A program made the translations under genes and the position numbers. The notes under the pieces are model-generated. The model was not told the DNA's origin. It ran no database searches and worked only from the letters and a program-made list of their open reading frames with translations. Of a DNA stretch of 64,000 nt, positions 20,490 through 31,919 are shown one piece after another (the stretch's first letter is position 1; every line of letters begins with the position of its first letter). The DNA comes from an uncultured bacterium (GTDB taxonomy: Bacteria > Babelota > Babeliae > Babelales > Babelaceae). The DNA lies in assembly GCA_963722385.1 (NCBI GenBank), contig CAVRKK010000002.1, positions 1,184,001 to 1,248,000 on the forward strand, written 5' to 3'.

Positions 20490-20699
20490 AAGAATCTCCT
20501 TTAATTAGATAAGGTACCCAACATCTTTCTGTCTATTATAAGCATTGTTTTCAATTTATCAAGAGGGCTTTGTCAACTGGCAGGGGCTCCCGGCAAGCTG
20601 GGTATGAGTGTTTAAAGTTTTAAGCTAAACCGGTTTTGCTTTCTTAAAAAGTTTGGTTATACTTAATGAGCAATATAATTTTGCGGTTTTTTGGAAATC

Positions 20700-20975
20700 A
20701 TGAAAATACGTTTTCTTATTTTGATTTTCTCTCTCAATGCCTTTTGGCAAAGTCAAGTGGCTATTGCTCAGGCTCCTTCGGTCCAATCAGGCAACCCTGA
20801 TTGCGGTTGCCAAGAATTTTATCGGGAAGAATGGATGGTCGAGAGCGTGCCTAACAAATTATTTGATTTTCTTGAGCGCCATGAAGATCAAGTAGTGCCT
20901 TTGGCTATCGTTGCAATGTTTAGCATTGCTCTCTATCAGTGCTATCAGCATTACCGGCAAGAAAGTGCTCGATAG
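20700..20975 (+). CDS. Small hypothetical exported/membrane protein
   Basis: Signal-peptide-like N-terminus and C-terminal hydrophobic helix. Confidence 0.6.
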   Translation: MKIRFLILIFSLNAFWQSQVAIAQAPSVQSGNPDCGCQEFYREEWMVESVPNKLFDFLERHEDQVVPLAIVAMFSIALYQCYQHYRQESAR

Positions 20976-20982
20976 GTATAAT

Positions 20983-21010
20983 TTGCAAAAATTGGTAAAA
21001 ATGGTATCTT
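20983..21010 (+). promoter_or_regulatory. Putative sigma70 promoter of the str operon
   Basis: TTGCAA-N16-TATCTT with TG upstream of the -10, about 120 nt before rpsL. Confidence 0.4.
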
Positions 21011-21126
21011 AAATACTAAACCGTCTTAATGGTTTGAGCAAATCGTTTGTAGATCATCATTCCTTGCCGTAATTTTTAAGAAGCTTAGGGTTAGGATTTT
21101 ATATACTAAATATAGGGATTATTCAG

Positions 21127-21507
21127 ATGCCCACGACAAATCAGCTGTCTCGCGCTGAGCGAGTAAATGCAAAAATTAAATCGAAGAGTCCGGCGCTTAA
21201 GGCTAAGCCGCAAGCGCGGGGTGTATGCTTGAGGGTTTTTACGCAAACGCCAAAAAAGCCCAATTCAGCATTGCGTAAAGTTGCCCGCGTTAAGCTTTCA
21301 ACGGGCCTCGAAGTAACCGCTTATATCGGCGGCGAAGGGCATAATCTTCAGGAGCACTCGGTCGTGCTTGTGCGTGGTGGCAGGGTTAAAGATTTGCCAG
21401 GCGTAAAATACCACGTTGTACGCGGGGCGCTTGATACAGCTGGTGTAGCTAATAGAAAACAAGGCCGTTCTTTATACGGTGCTAAGCGCCCAAAGGCTAA
21501 GGAGTAA
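21127..21507 (+). CDS. rpsL: 30S ribosomal protein S12
   Basis: [18 protein letters not shown]. Confidence 0.99.
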   Translation: MPTTNQLSRAERVNAKIKSKSPALKAKPQARGVCLRVFTQTPKKPNSALRKVARVKLSTGLEVTAYIGGEGHNLQEHSVVLVRGGRVKDLPGVKYHVVRGALDTAGVANRKQGRSLYGAKRPKAKE

Positions 21508-21516
21508 AGGTAGATT

Positions 21517-22002
21517 ATGGCAAGACGTAAAACAGTCTCTTTCATACGCGATATTGGCGCTGATGCTCGTTATGGATCAAGAGATATTCAAAAGCTTATT
21601 AATGTCATCATGGAGCGGGGAAAAAAAGAGATTGCTCGTGGCATAGTATATGAGGCGTTTGATGTTTTAAAGCAGCGCGCTGGAAATGATGAAGAAAAAG
21701 CCCTGCAGGTCTTCAGAAAGGCCCTCGACAATATAACGCCAGCTATTGAAGTTCGCCCTCGACGCGTAGGAGGCAGTGTGTATCAGATTCCTACCGCCGT
21801 ACATGCTCGCCGTGCGCAATCGCTCGCTATGCGCTGGCTTAAAACAGCGGCAGCAACGCGCCGTCAAGATAAAAGCATGGGTATGCGAATTGGCAACGAG
21901 CTTTCTGAAGCAGCCGAAGGCAGAGGAAATGCCGTGAAGAAAAAAATTGATATGCATAAGATGGCAGAAGCTAATCGCGCCTTCTCGCATTATTCCTGGT
22001 AA
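21517..22002 (+). CDS. rpsG: 30S ribosomal protein S7
   Basis: RRVGGSVYQIP, HKMAEANRAFSHY. Confidence 0.98.
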   Translation: MARRKTVSFIRDIGADARYGSRDIQKLINVIMERGKKEIARGIVYEAFDVLKQRAGNDEEKALQVFRKALDNITPAIEVRPRRVGGSVYQIPTAVHARRAQSLAMRWLKTAAATRRQDKSMGMRIGNELSEAAEGRGNAVKKKIDMHKMAEANRAFSHYSW

Positions 22003-22011
22003 AGGTGTGAT

Positions 22012-24099
22012 ATGAGTATCCCTCTCGAGCGATTTAGAAATATAGGTATAGCAGCACATATAGATGCGGGCAAGACAACCGTTACTGAGCGAATATTATT
22101 TTACACGGGCGTTTCTCATAAAATAGGCGAGGTCCATGAGGGAGCGGCTACTACCGATTGGATGGAGCAAGAAAAAGAGCGTGGTATTACTATTACGGCC
22201 GCTGCTATTAGCTGTGTCTGGAAAAACTATCAAATTAACATTATTGATACGCCTGGTCACGTTGACTTTACTATTGAGGTTGGTCGGTCATTGCGCGTCC
22301 TTGACGGTATGATTGCTGTTTTTTGTGGCGTAGGCGGTGTGCAGCCTCAGTCTGAGACCGTATGGAGGCAAGCTAATCGCTATCGCGTTCCTCGCATTAT
22401 TTTTGTTAACAAGCTTGATCGCATTGGCGGTGACTATTTTAAAGTATTGAGCGATATCAATGCTAAGTTGCATGCTAATGCTGTTGCCATGCAGATACCT
22501 GTTGGTGCATCGGATCAGTTTAAGGGCATTATTGACCTGCTCAGCCGCAAAATGGCGAACTTTGGCGAGGGCGAAGATAGGGGAATTACGATTACGTGGT
22601 CGGATGTGCCTTCTGAATATAAAGATCAGGTTGAAGAATGGCGCCTGAAGATGGTTGAAAAAGCTTGTGAAGTCGATGAGCGCCTTATGGACAAGTTCTT
22701 AAACGAAGAAGAAATCACCGTTGATGAGATTAAGGCGGCATTGCGTAAAGGTGTTTTAGAGAGAAAAGTTACGCCAGCTTTTGCGGGATCGGCTTTTAAG
22801 AATAAAGGTGTCCAGCTTGTCCTTGATGGAGTACTTGATTATCTGCCCTCGCCATTGGATATACCGCCAGTTAAGGGAGAAAATCCATCTACCGGCAAAT
22901 TCGAAGAAAGAATTACTGATCCTAAGGCCCCCTTCGCTGGGCTCGTTTTTAAAATCATGACCGATCCATTTGTTGGTATGCTCAGCTTTGTGCGAGTCTA
23001 TTCGGGGACGCTTAAGTCCGGGTCATACGTTTTTAACCCTATTAAAGGGGTTAAGGAGCGGGTGAGTCGCTTGGTGCGCTTGCACGCCAATAAGCGGGAA
23101 GAAATAGATGAGCTGAGTGCAGGTGATATTGGCGCCGTGGTTGGCCTCAAGGACCCAAATACGGGGGATACGATTTGCGATGAGCAAGCGCCGGTTCTGC
23201 TTGAAAAAATTGATATACCAGCCACGGTGATTTCGGCATCCGTTGAGCCTAAATCAAAGACCGATTATGAGAAAATGGTGGCGGGATTAAGAAAGCTTAT
23301 GCAGGAAGACCCTTCTTTCCAGTTTAGTTATGATAAAGAGACTGGCCAGACGGTTATTCGTGGTATGGGTGAGCTTCATCTTGAGATCGTGCTTGATCGT
23401 CTTAAGCGCGAGCATAAGGTCGATGTAACCCAGGGCAAGCTTCAGGTGGCCTTTAAGGAAACCATTCAGAAGCCTGCTGAGGCTGAAGGGAAGTTTATTC
23501 GTCAAACGGGCGGGCATGGTCAGTATGGCCACGTGTGGCTATCAATCGAACCGCTTGAGCGCGGTAAAGGTTATGAGTTCGAAAGTAAGATTGTGGGGGG
23601 AACCATTCCGCGAGAATATGTCCCTGCTATTCAGAAGGGGCTCGATGAGGCGCGGCTTACCGGTATTTTAGGTGGGTACCCTGTGGTAGATATTAAGGCA
23701 AGCCCATTTGAGGGCTCTTACCATGAGGTTGACTCTTCTGAAATCGCATTTAAGATCGCGTCAATACTTGCTTTTAAAGCGGCGATGGCCAAAGCGGATC
23801 CCGTCCTGCTTGAACCGATTATGCGTGTTGAGGTAGAGACGCCTGATGAGCATATGGGCGATGTCATGGGGGACTTGAACGCTCGTCGTGGCCGTATATT
23901 GGGCATGGATGCAAAGCCCGGTGGTCAAAGCATTGTTGCAGAAGTTCCGCTTGCAGCAATGTTTGGTTATGCGACGCAATTGCGTTCTATGACGAAAGGG
24001 CGAGCGAGTTACTCAATGGAGTTTCAATGCTATCGCGAGGTGCCAAAGCATGTTCAAGAAGAGGTACTGAGCGCAGCTAAAACATCACAAGGCGGATAA
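22012..24099 (+). CDS. fusA: Elongation factor G
   Basis: [34 protein letters not shown]. Confidence 0.99.
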   Translation: MSIPLERFRNIGIAAHIDAGKTTVTERILFYTGVSHKIGEVHEGAATTDWMEQEKERGITITAAAISCVWKNYQINIIDTPGHVDFTIEVGRSLRVLDGMIAVFCGVGGVQPQSETVWRQANRYRVPRIIFVNKLDRIGGDYFKVLSDINAKLHANAVAMQIPVGASDQFKGIIDLLSRKMANFGEGEDRGITITWSDVPSEYKDQVEEWRLKMVEKACEVDERLMDKFLNEEEITVDEIKAALRKGVLERKVTPAFAGSAFKNKGVQLVLDGVLDYLPSPLDIPPVKGENPSTGKFEERITDPKAPFAGLVFKIMTDPFVGMLSFVRVYSGTLKSGSYVFNPIKGVKERVSRLVRLHANKREEIDELSAGDIGAVVGLKDPNTGDTICDEQAPVLLEKIDIPATVISASVEPKSKTDYEKMVAGLRKLMQEDPSFQFSYDKETGQTVIRGMGELHLEIVLDRLKREHKVDVTQGKLQVAFKETIQKPAEAEGKFIRQTGGHGQYGHVWLSIEPLERGKGYEFESKIVGGTIPREYVPAIQKGLDEARLTGILGGYPVVDIKASPFEGSYHEVDSSEIAFKIASILAFKAAMAKADPVLLEPIMRVEVETPDEHMGDVMGDLNARRGRILGMDAKPGGQSIVAEVPLAAMFGYATQLRSMTKGRASYSMEFQCYREVPKHVQEEVLSAAKTSQGG

Positions 24100-24125
24100 T
24101 AGTTACATGTTGTTTGGAGATAACG

Positions 24126-25316
24126 ATGGCAAAAGGTGTATTTGAACGTACGAAGCCTCACGTTAATGTTGGAACTATCGGTCACGTTGACCATGGTAAG
24201 ACAACCCTGACGGCGGCGATTACAAAGGTTCTTTCAAGCAAGGGTCTTGCAGAAGCGTTAAAATTTGATCAGATTGACAAAGCCCCTGAGGAAAAAGCGC
24301 GTGGTATTACGATTGCGATTTCTCACGTAGAATATGAATCTGCCAAGCGGCACTATGCGCACGTTGACTGCCCTGGGCATGCCGACTACGTTAAGAATAT
24401 GATCACGGGTGCTGCTCAGATGGATGGGGCAATCTTGGTCGTTTCAGCAGCAGACGGTGCTATGCCGCAAACGCGCGAGCATATTTTGCTTTCCAAAAAC
24501 GTAGGTGTGCCGGCCCTTGTCGTCTTTTTAAATAAAGTCGATATGGTTGATGATCCTGATATGGTCGACATGGTCGAAGAAGAAATTCGGGATCTTTTGA
24601 ACAAATACGACTTCCCGGGCGACAAAATACCGGTTATTCGCGGATCAGCATTAAAAGCGCTTAATGGCGATCAAGGTCCGCTTGGCGCCGAAGCGATTAT
24701 GAAACTGATGGACGCGCTGGATTCATATATTCCTGAACCTGTTCGGGAAGTTGATAAGCCATTCTTAATGGCGGTTGAGGGCGTATTGAGCATCTCTGGC
24801 CGTGGAACCGTGGCTACCGGGCGTATTGAGCGTGGTCGTATTAAGGTGGGCGAAGAAGCTGAGATTCTTGGCTTTAGCGCGAATATGAAAACAACGGTTA
24901 CCGGTCTTGAAATGTTCCGTAAGAGCCTGAACGAAGGTGAAGCTGGCGATAATGTCGGGCTTCTTTTGCGCGGCGTTAAGCGTGAAGAAATTGAGCGAGG
25001 CATGGTGGTAGCCAAACCGGGCACCGTTAAGCCACACCGGAAGTTTAAGTGCTCTGTGTATGTCCTAAGTCAGGACGAAGGTGGCCGTACGACGCCATTC
25101 TTTACGGGTTACCGTCCTCAATTTTACTTTAGGACGACTGACGTGACCGGCAACGTGGCGTTGCCAGCAGGGCGTGAAATGGTTATGCCTGGCGACAACG
25201 TTGATCTTAGCGTTGAGCTGATTGCGCCTATTGTTATGGAAAAGGACGTTCGTTTTTCAATCCGTGAGGGTGGTAGAACGGTTGGTTCTGGTGTAGTTAC
25301 TGAAATTATAGAATAA
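24126..25316 (+). CDS. tuf: Elongation factor Tu
   Basis: [28 protein letters not shown] at 24126. Confidence 0.99.
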   Translation: MAKGVFERTKPHVNVGTIGHVDHGKTTLTAAITKVLSSKGLAEALKFDQIDKAPEEKARGITIAISHVEYESAKRHYAHVDCPGHADYVKNMITGAAQMDGAILVVSAADGAMPQTREHILLSKNVGVPALVVFLNKVDMVDDPDMVDMVEEEIRDLLNKYDFPGDKIPVIRGSALKALNGDQGPLGAEAIMKLMDALDSYIPEPVREVDKPFLMAVEGVLSISGRGTVATGRIERGRIKVGEEAEILGFSANMKTTVTGLEMFRKSLNEGEAGDNVGLLLRGVKREEIERGMVVAKPGTVKPHRKFKCSVYVLSQDEGGRTTPFFTGYRPQFYFRTTDVTGNVALPAGREMVMPGDNVDLSVELIAPIVMEKDVRFSIREGGRTVGSGVVTEIIE

Positions 25317-25330
25317 TAGGTTGTCACGCG

Positions 25331-25636
25331 ATGAAAAAGCAAAAAATTCGTCTGACCTTGCGATCGTTTGACCACCAGCTGCTTGACAAAGCTGTCAGGC
25401 AAATAGTGTTGACGGTAAAAAGAACGGGCTCGCCTATGGTGGGTCCTGTTCCCTTGCCTAATAAAAGGCGCTGTTTTACGGTGCTGCGATCGCCTCATAT
25501 AGATAAAAAATCACGTGAGCAGTTTGAATTAACAACGCATAAGCGTATTCTTGACATTGTCACGCCCTCAGATCAGACAATGGACGCGCTTATGAAGCTG
25601 AACATATCATCGGGCGTTGATGTTGAAATTAAGTGA
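25331..25636 (+). CDS. rpsJ: 30S ribosomal protein S10
   Basis: [20 protein letters not shown]. Confidence 0.98.
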   Translation: MKKQKIRLTLRSFDHQLLDKAVRQIVLTVKRTGSPMVGPVPLPNKRRCFTVLRSPHIDKKSREQFELTTHKRILDIVTPSDQTMDALMKLNISSGVDVEIK

Positions 25637-25642
25637 GGGATC

Positions 25643-26263
25643 ATGATCAAGGGTATTTGGGGTAAAAAAATTGGCATGACGCAGGTTTTTTCAGAGAACC
25701 AGGTCGTACCCGTTACCGTGATTGACGTTTCCCGTTGGCTTGTTATCCATATTAAGACGAAAAGTACTGATGGGTATAATGCGGTGCAGTTAGGCCGTGT
25801 GCGTGATGATTTTACGCTTGAGTCTTTTTCAGCAGAATGGCTCAAGGACGGCAAAAAATACTTTAGCACCGTTAAAGAAGTCTCGTTGCCTGATGAAGAG
25901 CATGCATTGGCCGTTGGTCAGGCTGCTGATATTGGTGACATTCTTGCTCAGGGTGATAATGTTGACGTGACGGGAATAACGATTGGCCGCGGTTTTCAGG
26001 GTGCTATGAAGCGCCACGGATTTTCGGGAGGACGAGCAAGCCATGGTTCTAAGCTTGGAAGGAAGCCAGGATCGTTGGCTGGTTTTAGGCGGCAAGGCCG
26101 TGTTCCACCGGGCAAAAAAATGCCGGGACACATGGGTGTTGAGCGGCGCGTCATGAGAAACTTAAAAGTGGTTAAGGTCGAGCCTGCGGCGCATATTCTC
26201 TTTATAGGGGGATCAGTGCCTGGTAAATCTGGATCGTTGGTATTTGTGCGTAAACGCGGGTAG
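25643..26263 (+). CDS. rplC: 50S ribosomal protein L3
   Basis: GKKIGMTQVF, GRGFQGAMKRH, KKMPGHMG. Confidence 0.97.
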   Translation: MIKGIWGKKIGMTQVFSENQVVPVTVIDVSRWLVIHIKTKSTDGYNAVQLGRVRDDFTLESFSAEWLKDGKKYFSTVKEVSLPDEEHALAVGQAADIGDILAQGDNVDVTGITIGRGFQGAMKRHGFSGGRASHGSKLGRKPGSLAGFRRQGRVPPGKKMPGHMGVERRVMRNLKVVKVEPAAHILFIGGSVPGKSGSLVFVRKRG

Positions 26264-26266
26264 GAT

Positions 26267-26914
26267 ATGGTTAATCAAGAAAAGAAAGCGCCGATACAAA
26301 ATATAAGCCGTGTCGTCTCATTGGAGGAGCTTGGGTATACGGCTGAGAATCCCGTCCTTGCAGATGCGGCATTTTCGGATTATGTGCGGGCTCTGATGCA
26401 GAATACGCGACAAGGTACGGTTGCGACCAAGACACGGGGTGAAGTGGCTTTTGCAAACAAGAAGCCGTGGAAGCAGAAAGGAACTGGCCGCGCTCGTGCA
26501 GGAAGCCGGCGTTCGCCATTGTGGCGCAAGGGGGGAGTAACATTTGGGCCCCAGGCACGCGTGAGAACGCTCAAGGTATCTCCTGCAACTAAGCGAAAAG
26601 CGCTTGCAGCACTCCTTCGGCAAGGTGTCGAGCAGGGTAGAATTATTTCGCTTAATTGGGCACTTGATGCTGACAGGCCAAAGACTGCGCTTGCTTATCA
26701 GGCGCTTAGGGATGCTGGTTTGCATGATAAGAGAGTTGTTCTCTTTATTGGGCGCGATGATTACCAAACGCAAGCCTCATTTAACAACCTGAGCGATGTG
26801 TATATGCTCTTATTTGACCAGCCCAACGCGTACGCTTTGGCTTCCGGCGATTACTGGGTTTTCTTATCAAAAGATACCGAAGCTTTTAAAAATATGGTTG
26901 GCGCATGGATTTAA
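26267..26914 (+). CDS. rplD: 50S ribosomal protein L4
   Basis: [28 protein letters not shown]. Confidence 0.97.
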   Translation: MVNQEKKAPIQNISRVVSLEELGYTAENPVLADAAFSDYVRALMQNTRQGTVATKTRGEVAFANKKPWKQKGTGRARAGSRRSPLWRKGGVTFGPQARVRTLKVSPATKRKALAALLRQGVEQGRIISLNWALDADRPKTALAYQALRDAGLHDKRVVLFIGRDDYQTQASFNNLSDVYMLLFDQPNAYALASGDYWVFLSKDTEAFKNMVGAWI

Positions 26915-27225
26915 GTATTTATAATGTTATAAAAGGGCCTTGGGTCACATCTAAAGCATATGGGCTTAATCAGAAGCTGAAGCAACTGGTACTTGAAGTT
27001 CATCCTCAGGCTAATAAGCCTATGATTGCTCAAGCGCTCAAAAAGCTCTTTAATGTTGAGATAGAGGATATTCGTGTCGTGCTTTTAAAAGGAAAGAGAC
27101 GCCGCGTAGGCCGCCACACGGTGTTTGGCAAAAAACGCAAAAAAGCCGTGATAGCACTTAAGAGCGGGTATTCGGCCGATCTCACCGGTTGGACTTCCGC
27201 TGCTGAAGAAGCTCAGCGAGCATAG
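26905..27225 (+). CDS. rplW: 50S ribosomal protein L23
   Basis: [23 protein letters not shown]; operon position. Confidence 0.95.
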   Translation: MDLSIYNVIKGPWVTSKAYGLNQKLKQLVLEVHPQANKPMIAQALKKLFNVEIEDIRVVLLKGKRRRVGRHTVFGKKRKKAVIALKSGYSADLTGWTSAAEEAQRA

Positions 27226-27251
27226 ACGGTAAGGGAAAAGGAAAAACAACA

Positions 27252-28067
27252 ATGGGTATTATAGCAAGAAAGCCGCGAAATCCTTCGCTTCGGTTTCAGA
27301 CGTTTGTCGATACGAGCGATATTACCAAGAAAGAGCCGGCGCGCCGGCTGGTACGCGGTATAAAAAAGAAAGGCGGACGCAATGCCTATGGTAGAGTAAC
27401 GGTACGTGGTCGGGGCGGTGGTGCAGTGCGAAAGTACCGTATTATCGATTTTTCGCGTGTGGTGCGTGATCTACGCGGTCGCGTAACCTCAATCGAATAT
27501 GACCCAAACCGCAATGTGCGTATAGGGCTCGTGGCTTACGAGAATGGCGCGAAGCATTATATGCTGATGCCTCAAGGGTTGCAGGTTGGTGATTTTGTGA
27601 TGGCCGGTCGCAATGCTGAACCCAAGATAGGAAGCAGCTTGCCGTTGCGTAATATCCCTGTTGGGTTTGTGGTGCATAACGTTGAGATGACGCCGGGTTC
27701 CGGGGGCAAGCTTGCGCGGAGTGCTGGTGTGGGCATACAGCTTACAGCCAAGGAAGGTGATTACGCCACCCTTAAGATGCCATCAGGAGAAATACGCAAA
27801 GTTCATCTTGAATGTTGGGCGAGTGTTGGTTCGTTGGGTAATGCTGACCAAAAAAATATAACGCTTGGTAAAGCTGGGCGCACGCGCTATCTGGGATTTC
27901 GGCCGATTACCCGTGGTATCGCGAAAAACCCCGTTGACCACCCGATGGGCGGTGGTGAGGGACGATCTAAGTCTGGCAAGCATCCGCAATCACCTACGGG
28001 TAAGGGAAGCAAGGGAACCAAGACGCGACGTCGGGAAAATCCATTGATTCTCAAGAGAAGAAAATAA
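27252..28067 (+). CDS. rplB: 50S ribosomal protein L2
   Basis: IEYDPNR, NPVDHPMGGGEG. Confidence 0.98.
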   Translation: MGIIARKPRNPSLRFQTFVDTSDITKKEPARRLVRGIKKKGGRNAYGRVTVRGRGGGAVRKYRIIDFSRVVRDLRGRVTSIEYDPNRNVRIGLVAYENGAKHYMLMPQGLQVGDFVMAGRNAEPKIGSSLPLRNIPVGFVVHNVEMTPGSGGKLARSAGVGIQLTAKEGDYATLKMPSGEIRKVHLECWASVGSLGNADQKNITLGKAGRTRYLGFRPITRGIAKNPVDHPMGGGEGRSKSGKHPQSPTGKGSKGTKTRRRENPLILKRRK

Positions 28068-28092
28068 GTTACGTTAAGTGGGGAAATAAAGA

Positions 28093-28380
28093 ATGGCTCG
28101 ATCTGCCAAGAAGGGTCCTTTTGTTGAGGAGTCACTTCTCAAAAAAGTGAACCGTATTAAAACATCTGGCAAAAGAGAAGTGATCAAGACATGGTCACGT
28201 TGTAGCATGGTTACGCCTGATTTTGTTGGCCTGACGTTCGCTATCCATGATGGCAAGCGGTTTATTCAGGTTTTTATTACTGAAAATATGGTTGGGCACC
28301 GCTTGGGTGAGTTTGCTCCAACGCGTATCTTCCGGATGCATAGCGGTCAGCGTAAAACAGGTGCTGCGCCTGCCTCCTAA
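28093..28380 (+). CDS. rpsS: 30S ribosomal protein S19
   Basis: [26 protein letters not shown]. Confidence 0.98.
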   Translation: MARSAKKGPFVEESLLKKVNRIKTSGKREVIKTWSRCSMVTPDFVGLTFAIHDGKRFIQVFITENMVGHRLGEFAPTRIFRMHSGQRKTGAAPAS

Positions 28381-28412
28381 CGAAGATATGAGAAAGAACA
28401 TGAGAAGGCTAG

Positions 28413-28441
28413 TTGATGCTTGTGGGTAATTAGTGTAGAAT
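28413..28441 (+). promoter_or_regulatory. Putative internal sigma70 promoter upstream of rplV
   Basis: TTGATG-N17-TAGAAT within an unusually long 89-nt rpsS-rplV spacer. Confidence 0.45.
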
Positions 28442-28469
28442 GGTAATAATGCTTTTATAAAGGTTCGCT

Positions 28470-28814
28470 ATGTATTTTGTTGCAAAAGCTTCGTATGTTC
28501 CTTATTCACCTTATAAGCTCCGGCCTCTTGCTAATGTGATACGCGGTAAGCCTGTTGCCTATGCGCTTGGCTGGTTGCACACCTATAAAAGTAGGCGGTC
28601 GCGACCATTAAGGAAGGCGCTTGAGTCTGCTGTCGCTAACGCTAAGCATTTAAAAAATATTGAGCCTCAAGAGCTTTCTATTAAAGAAGTTCGGATTGAT
28701 CAGGGGCCGTTTTACCGTTATTTTAAGCCAGGTGCTCAGGGGCGAGCGGTTATTCAGCGTAAGCGGCTGTGTCATATAAGTTTTACCCTTGAAGCTCGTC
28801 ATCAGGAAGTATAA
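28470..28814 (+). CDS. rplV: 50S ribosomal protein L22
   Basis: SPYKLR...IRGK, SAVANA, PGAQGRA. Confidence 0.96.
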   Translation: MYFVAKASYVPYSPYKLRPLANVIRGKPVAYALGWLHTYKSRRSRPLRKALESAVANAKHLKNIEPQELSIKEVRIDQGPFYRYFKPGAQGRAVIQRKRLCHISFTLEARHQEV

Positions 28815-28833
28815 ATATTAAGAGGAATTAATT

Positions 28834-29487
28834 GTGGGACAAAAGGTTAACCCAATCAGCTTTCGGGTAGGAGTTTATCGTAGCTGGGATGCTCGCTGGT
28901 TTCCCCGTAGTGCAGCTGCGTATGCGCAAAATTTTTTCGAGGACTTAGAGATTCGAGAATTTTTTGAAAAGAATTTTGCCAATGCCGAAGTTGAGCATGT
29001 TGAGATTGAAAAGACTGGGGATGCTTTGCGTGTGGTAGTGCATGCGGCACGACCGGGTGTTTTGATTGGCAAAAAAGGCCAAGAAATGGATGCGATTCGT
29101 AAAAGGCTTGCTGGTCGTCTCAACCGAGGCAATGTCGAAGTATCTGTCCAGGAGGTTAAAAATCCCGACCTCTCTGCTCAGCTTATAGCACGGCGTATTG
29201 CCGATCAGCTTGAAAGACGCGGAAGTCATAAAAAAGCTATGAAAAAAGAGGCATCGGGAGCGATACGTGCTGGTGCCCAGGGGATAAAAATACGTGTTGC
29301 TGGTCGTGTAGGTGGTGCTGAAATTGCGCGTGACGAATGGGTGCGTATTGGCAAGGTGCCGTTGCATACATTGCGTGAGGATATTGATTATGGCTTTCAA
29401 GAAGCGCAAACGACGTACGGCAAAATTGGCGTTAAGGTGTGGGTAAGTAAGGGAAAATTTAAATCTATCCGAGACGAAGCGAGGTAA
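28834..29487 (+). CDS. rpsC: 30S ribosomal protein S3
   Basis: [29 protein letters not shown]. Confidence 0.98.
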   Translation: MGQKVNPISFRVGVYRSWDARWFPRSAAAYAQNFFEDLEIREFFEKNFANAEVEHVEIEKTGDALRVVVHAARPGVLIGKKGQEMDAIRKRLAGRLNRGNVEVSVQEVKNPDLSAQLIARRIADQLERRGSHKKAMKKEASGAIRAGAQGIKIRVAGRVGGAEIARDEWVRIGKVPLHTLREDIDYGFQEAQTTYGKIGVKVWVSKGKFKSIRDEAR

Positions 29488-29491
29488 TGCC

Positions 29492-29929
29492 ATGTTAATG
29501 CCGCGCAAAATAAAATATCGTAAAGTTCAAAGAGGCAACAGGGCTGGGCGTTCTAAGGGTGCCCGTGATGTTCAATTTGGCGAGTATGGGTTACAGGCGC
29601 TTGAGCCGGTATGGCTGACGGCGCAGCAAATTGAAGCGATGCGGGTTACGATTTCACGTAAGCTTAAGAAAGTAGGAAAGCTTTTTTTGAGAGTTTTCCC
29701 CGATAAGCCAATTACCAAGAAGCCTGCGGAAACGCGTATGGGTAAAGGTAAGGGCGGCGTCGAACTTTGGGCTGCGGTGGTAAAAAGAGAACGCGTCATA
29801 TGCGAGGTTGGCGGCCTTGATGAGGCGACTGCCAAGGAAGTATTGCGTTCAGCAGCTTATAAGCTTCCTATGAAAACCCGTATTGTTAAAAAAGAGGCGG
29901 CATCAATTGCCCCCGAGGCAGGTGTGTGA
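29492..29929 (+). CDS. rplP: 50S ribosomal protein L16
   Basis: [20 protein letters not shown]. Confidence 0.98.
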   Translation: MLMPRKIKYRKVQRGNRAGRSKGARDVQFGEYGLQALEPVWLTAQQIEAMRVTISRKLKKVGKLFLRVFPDKPITKKPAETRMGKGKGGVELWAAVVKRERVICEVGGLDEATAKEVLRSAAYKLPMKTRIVKKEAASIAPEAGV

Positions 29930-30144
29930 TGAAGGTTAAGCTACTTAAGGAAGAGCTGAAACAGCTTTCGGTTAGTGACCTTGAGGCTCGTATTGAGGAG
30001 TTTCGACGGGAGCTTTTAACCCTGCGTTTGCAGGCGGCAACGTCGCCGGTCAAGTCATTGGCTTCGACCAAGCGCGGTCTGCAATATGCAATTGCATGCG
30101 GATTGACGTTTTTAAATCAAAAGAGTAAAGCAATGAGTGTATGA
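29926..30144 (+). CDS. rpmC: 50S ribosomal protein L29
   Basis: Position between rplP and rpsQ; ELLTLRLQ helical pattern. Confidence 0.88.
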   Translation: MMKVKLLKEELKQLSVSDLEARIEEFRRELLTLRLQAATSPVKSLASTKRGLQYAIACGLTFLNQKSKAMSV

Positions 30145-30443
30145 TGGAAGAGCAACGTACAATAAGCTCTGAGACGGCTGAGAAAAAGCATGTGCTGATC
30201 GGCAAAGTTGTCTCAGACAAAATGACTAAAACGGTTGTTGTCCGCGTAGAAAGGACGTACCTTCACCCGCGCTTGAAAAAAGTGGTGCGTACGAGCAAGA
30301 GCTATAAAGTGCATGATGAGCATGCAAGGGCGCACAAGGGTGACGTCGTTAAGATTTATGAAGGGCGGCCGCAATCGAAGACTAAATATATGTATTTGGC
30401 CGAGGTGATCCAAGCGGTTAGCTCGCCAGATACGACAACGTAG
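30141..30443 (+). CDS. rpsQ: 30S ribosomal protein S17
   Basis: [28 protein letters not shown]. Confidence 0.97.
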   Translation: MMEEQRTISSETAEKKHVLIGKVVSDKMTKTVVVRVERTYLHPRLKKVVRTSKSYKVHDEHARAHKGDVVKIYEGRPQSKTKYMYLAEVIQAVSSPDTTT

Positions 30444-30453
30444 AGGTAGCGCT

Positions 30454-30825
30454 ATGATTCAAAAGGAATCATCTTTAGAGGTTGCTGATAATTCTGGGGC
30501 AAAATTGTTAAAGTGCATTCACCTTGTGGGCAGCACTGGCAAAAGGTTTGCCCGTATTGGTGATCTGATTCGGTGTTCGGTAAAGAGCGCTATTCCTGGA
30601 GGCCAAGTTAAAAAGGGCGATGTTGTTACGGCCGTGATTGTGCGTACCGTTAAAGAATTTCGCCGTGAGGACGGGAGTTATATTCGGTTTGGCGAGAATG
30701 CTGCAGTTCTTATCAAATCGGTTGATGATCTTACGCCGCTTGGTACACGTATTTTTGGTCCGATAGCACGTGAAATTAAAGCTATCAGTCCGAAGATACC
30801 TTCGTTAGCGCCTGAAGTATTGTAA
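30454..30825 (+). CDS. rplN: 50S ribosomal protein L14
   Basis: [22 protein letters not shown]. Confidence 0.98.
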   Translation: MIQKESSLEVADNSGAKLLKCIHLVGSTGKRFARIGDLIRCSVKSAIPGGQVKKGDVVTAVIVRTVKEFRREDGSYIRFGENAAVLIKSVDDLTPLGTRIFGPIAREIKAISPKIPSLAPEVL

Positions 30826-30837
30826 GGATATTGTTAT

Positions 30838-31152
30838 ATGATGCGCGTAAGAAAAAATGATACGGTGGTGGTTTTGACCGGTAAAGACAGAGGCAAGCGT
30901 GGTAAAGTGTTGGCGGTGAATCCTACGACGGGCAGGGTGATGGTCCAAGGCGTAGCAATCGTGACGCGTCATACGAAAGCACGTCGTATGGGTGAAACTT
31001 CTGGTATTCGTAAGAAAGAAGCTTTTATTGATCTGTCAAAGGTTATGCCTTTTTGTGCTGCTTGTCAGAAGCCAAGCCGTGTTAACTTTAAAGTTTCTGA
31101 CGATCGGGCGCACAAAGTGCGCATATGCAATCGATGTAAGGGTACATTATAA
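30838..31152 (+). CDS. rplX: 50S ribosomal protein L24
   Basis: KOW motif DTVVVLTGKDRGKRGKV; CxxC...CxxC present. Confidence 0.96.
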   Translation: MMRVRKNDTVVVLTGKDRGKRGKVLAVNPTTGRVMVQGVAIVTRHTKARRMGETSGIRKKEAFIDLSKVMPFCAACQKPSRVNFKVSDDRAHKVRICNRCKGTL

Positions 31153-31161
31153 AGGATAACT

Positions 31162-31701
31162 ATGCCAAAGCCTCGTTTAGAAGAGCTTTATGTAAAAACT
31201 ATTAGGCCTGAATTAAAAGAAAAGCTTAAGCTTAATATTATGGAAGTGCCTAAGATTACCAAGATTGTATTGAACGTTGGGGTCAAGGAAGCAGTGGCTG
31301 ATAGCAGAGCGCTGCAATCGGTTGCGCAGGTTCTTGGATTGATTGCTGCTCAGGCACCGGTCAGACGGGCTGCGCGGAAGTCTATTGCGGGATTTAAGAT
31401 TCGCGAGGGCATGCAGCTTGGTGTTATGGTAACGTTGCGCGGTCAACGCATGTATAGCTTTCTTGATAAACTTATTAGTTTGGCATTGCCAAAGGTCCGT
31501 GATTTTCATGGAGTGCCGACGCGCTTTGATGGCCGCGGTAATTATAATTTAGGAATTAAAGATTGGACCGTCTTTCCAGAGGCTGATTCTTTGTCGGCTG
31601 ATAAAAGCCATGGCATGAATATTACCATCGCAACGTCAGCAATAAGCGACGAGCATGGGTTGGAGCTTCTGAAGAGTTTTGGCATGCCGTTTCAAAAATA
31701 A
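31162..31701 (+). CDS. rplE: 50S ribosomal protein L5
   Basis: [24 protein letters not shown]. Confidence 0.98.
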   Translation: MPKPRLEELYVKTIRPELKEKLKLNIMEVPKITKIVLNVGVKEAVADSRALQSVAQVLGLIAAQAPVRRAARKSIAGFKIREGMQLGVMVTLRGQRMYSFLDKLISLALPKVRDFHGVPTRFDGRGNYNLGIKDWTVFPEADSLSADKSHGMNITIATSAISDEHGLELLKSFGMPFQK

Positions 31702-31718
31702 TAAAGCAAGGAATATTC

Positions 31719-31904
31719 ATGGCTCGTAAAGCTCTTATAGAAAAATCAAGACAGACGCCGAAATTTAAGGTTCAGCATAGAAACCGCTGTATGCTCTGCG
31801 GCAGGCCTCGTGGCTACATCCGAATTTTTAAAATGTGCCGGCTCTGTTTTCGCCATAATGCGTCGTTCGGGCTGCTTCCCGGTGTCAAGAAAACTAGTTG
31901 GTAA
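31719..31904 (+). CDS. rpsN: 30S ribosomal protein S14 (short zinc-binding type Z)
   Basis: CMLCGRPRG...CRLCFR, 61 aa. Confidence 0.97.
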   Translation: MARKALIEKSRQTPKFKVQHRNRCMLCGRPRGYIRIFKMCRLCFRHNASFGLLPGVKKTSW

Positions 31905-31919
31905 CGAGAGAGGATTGTA

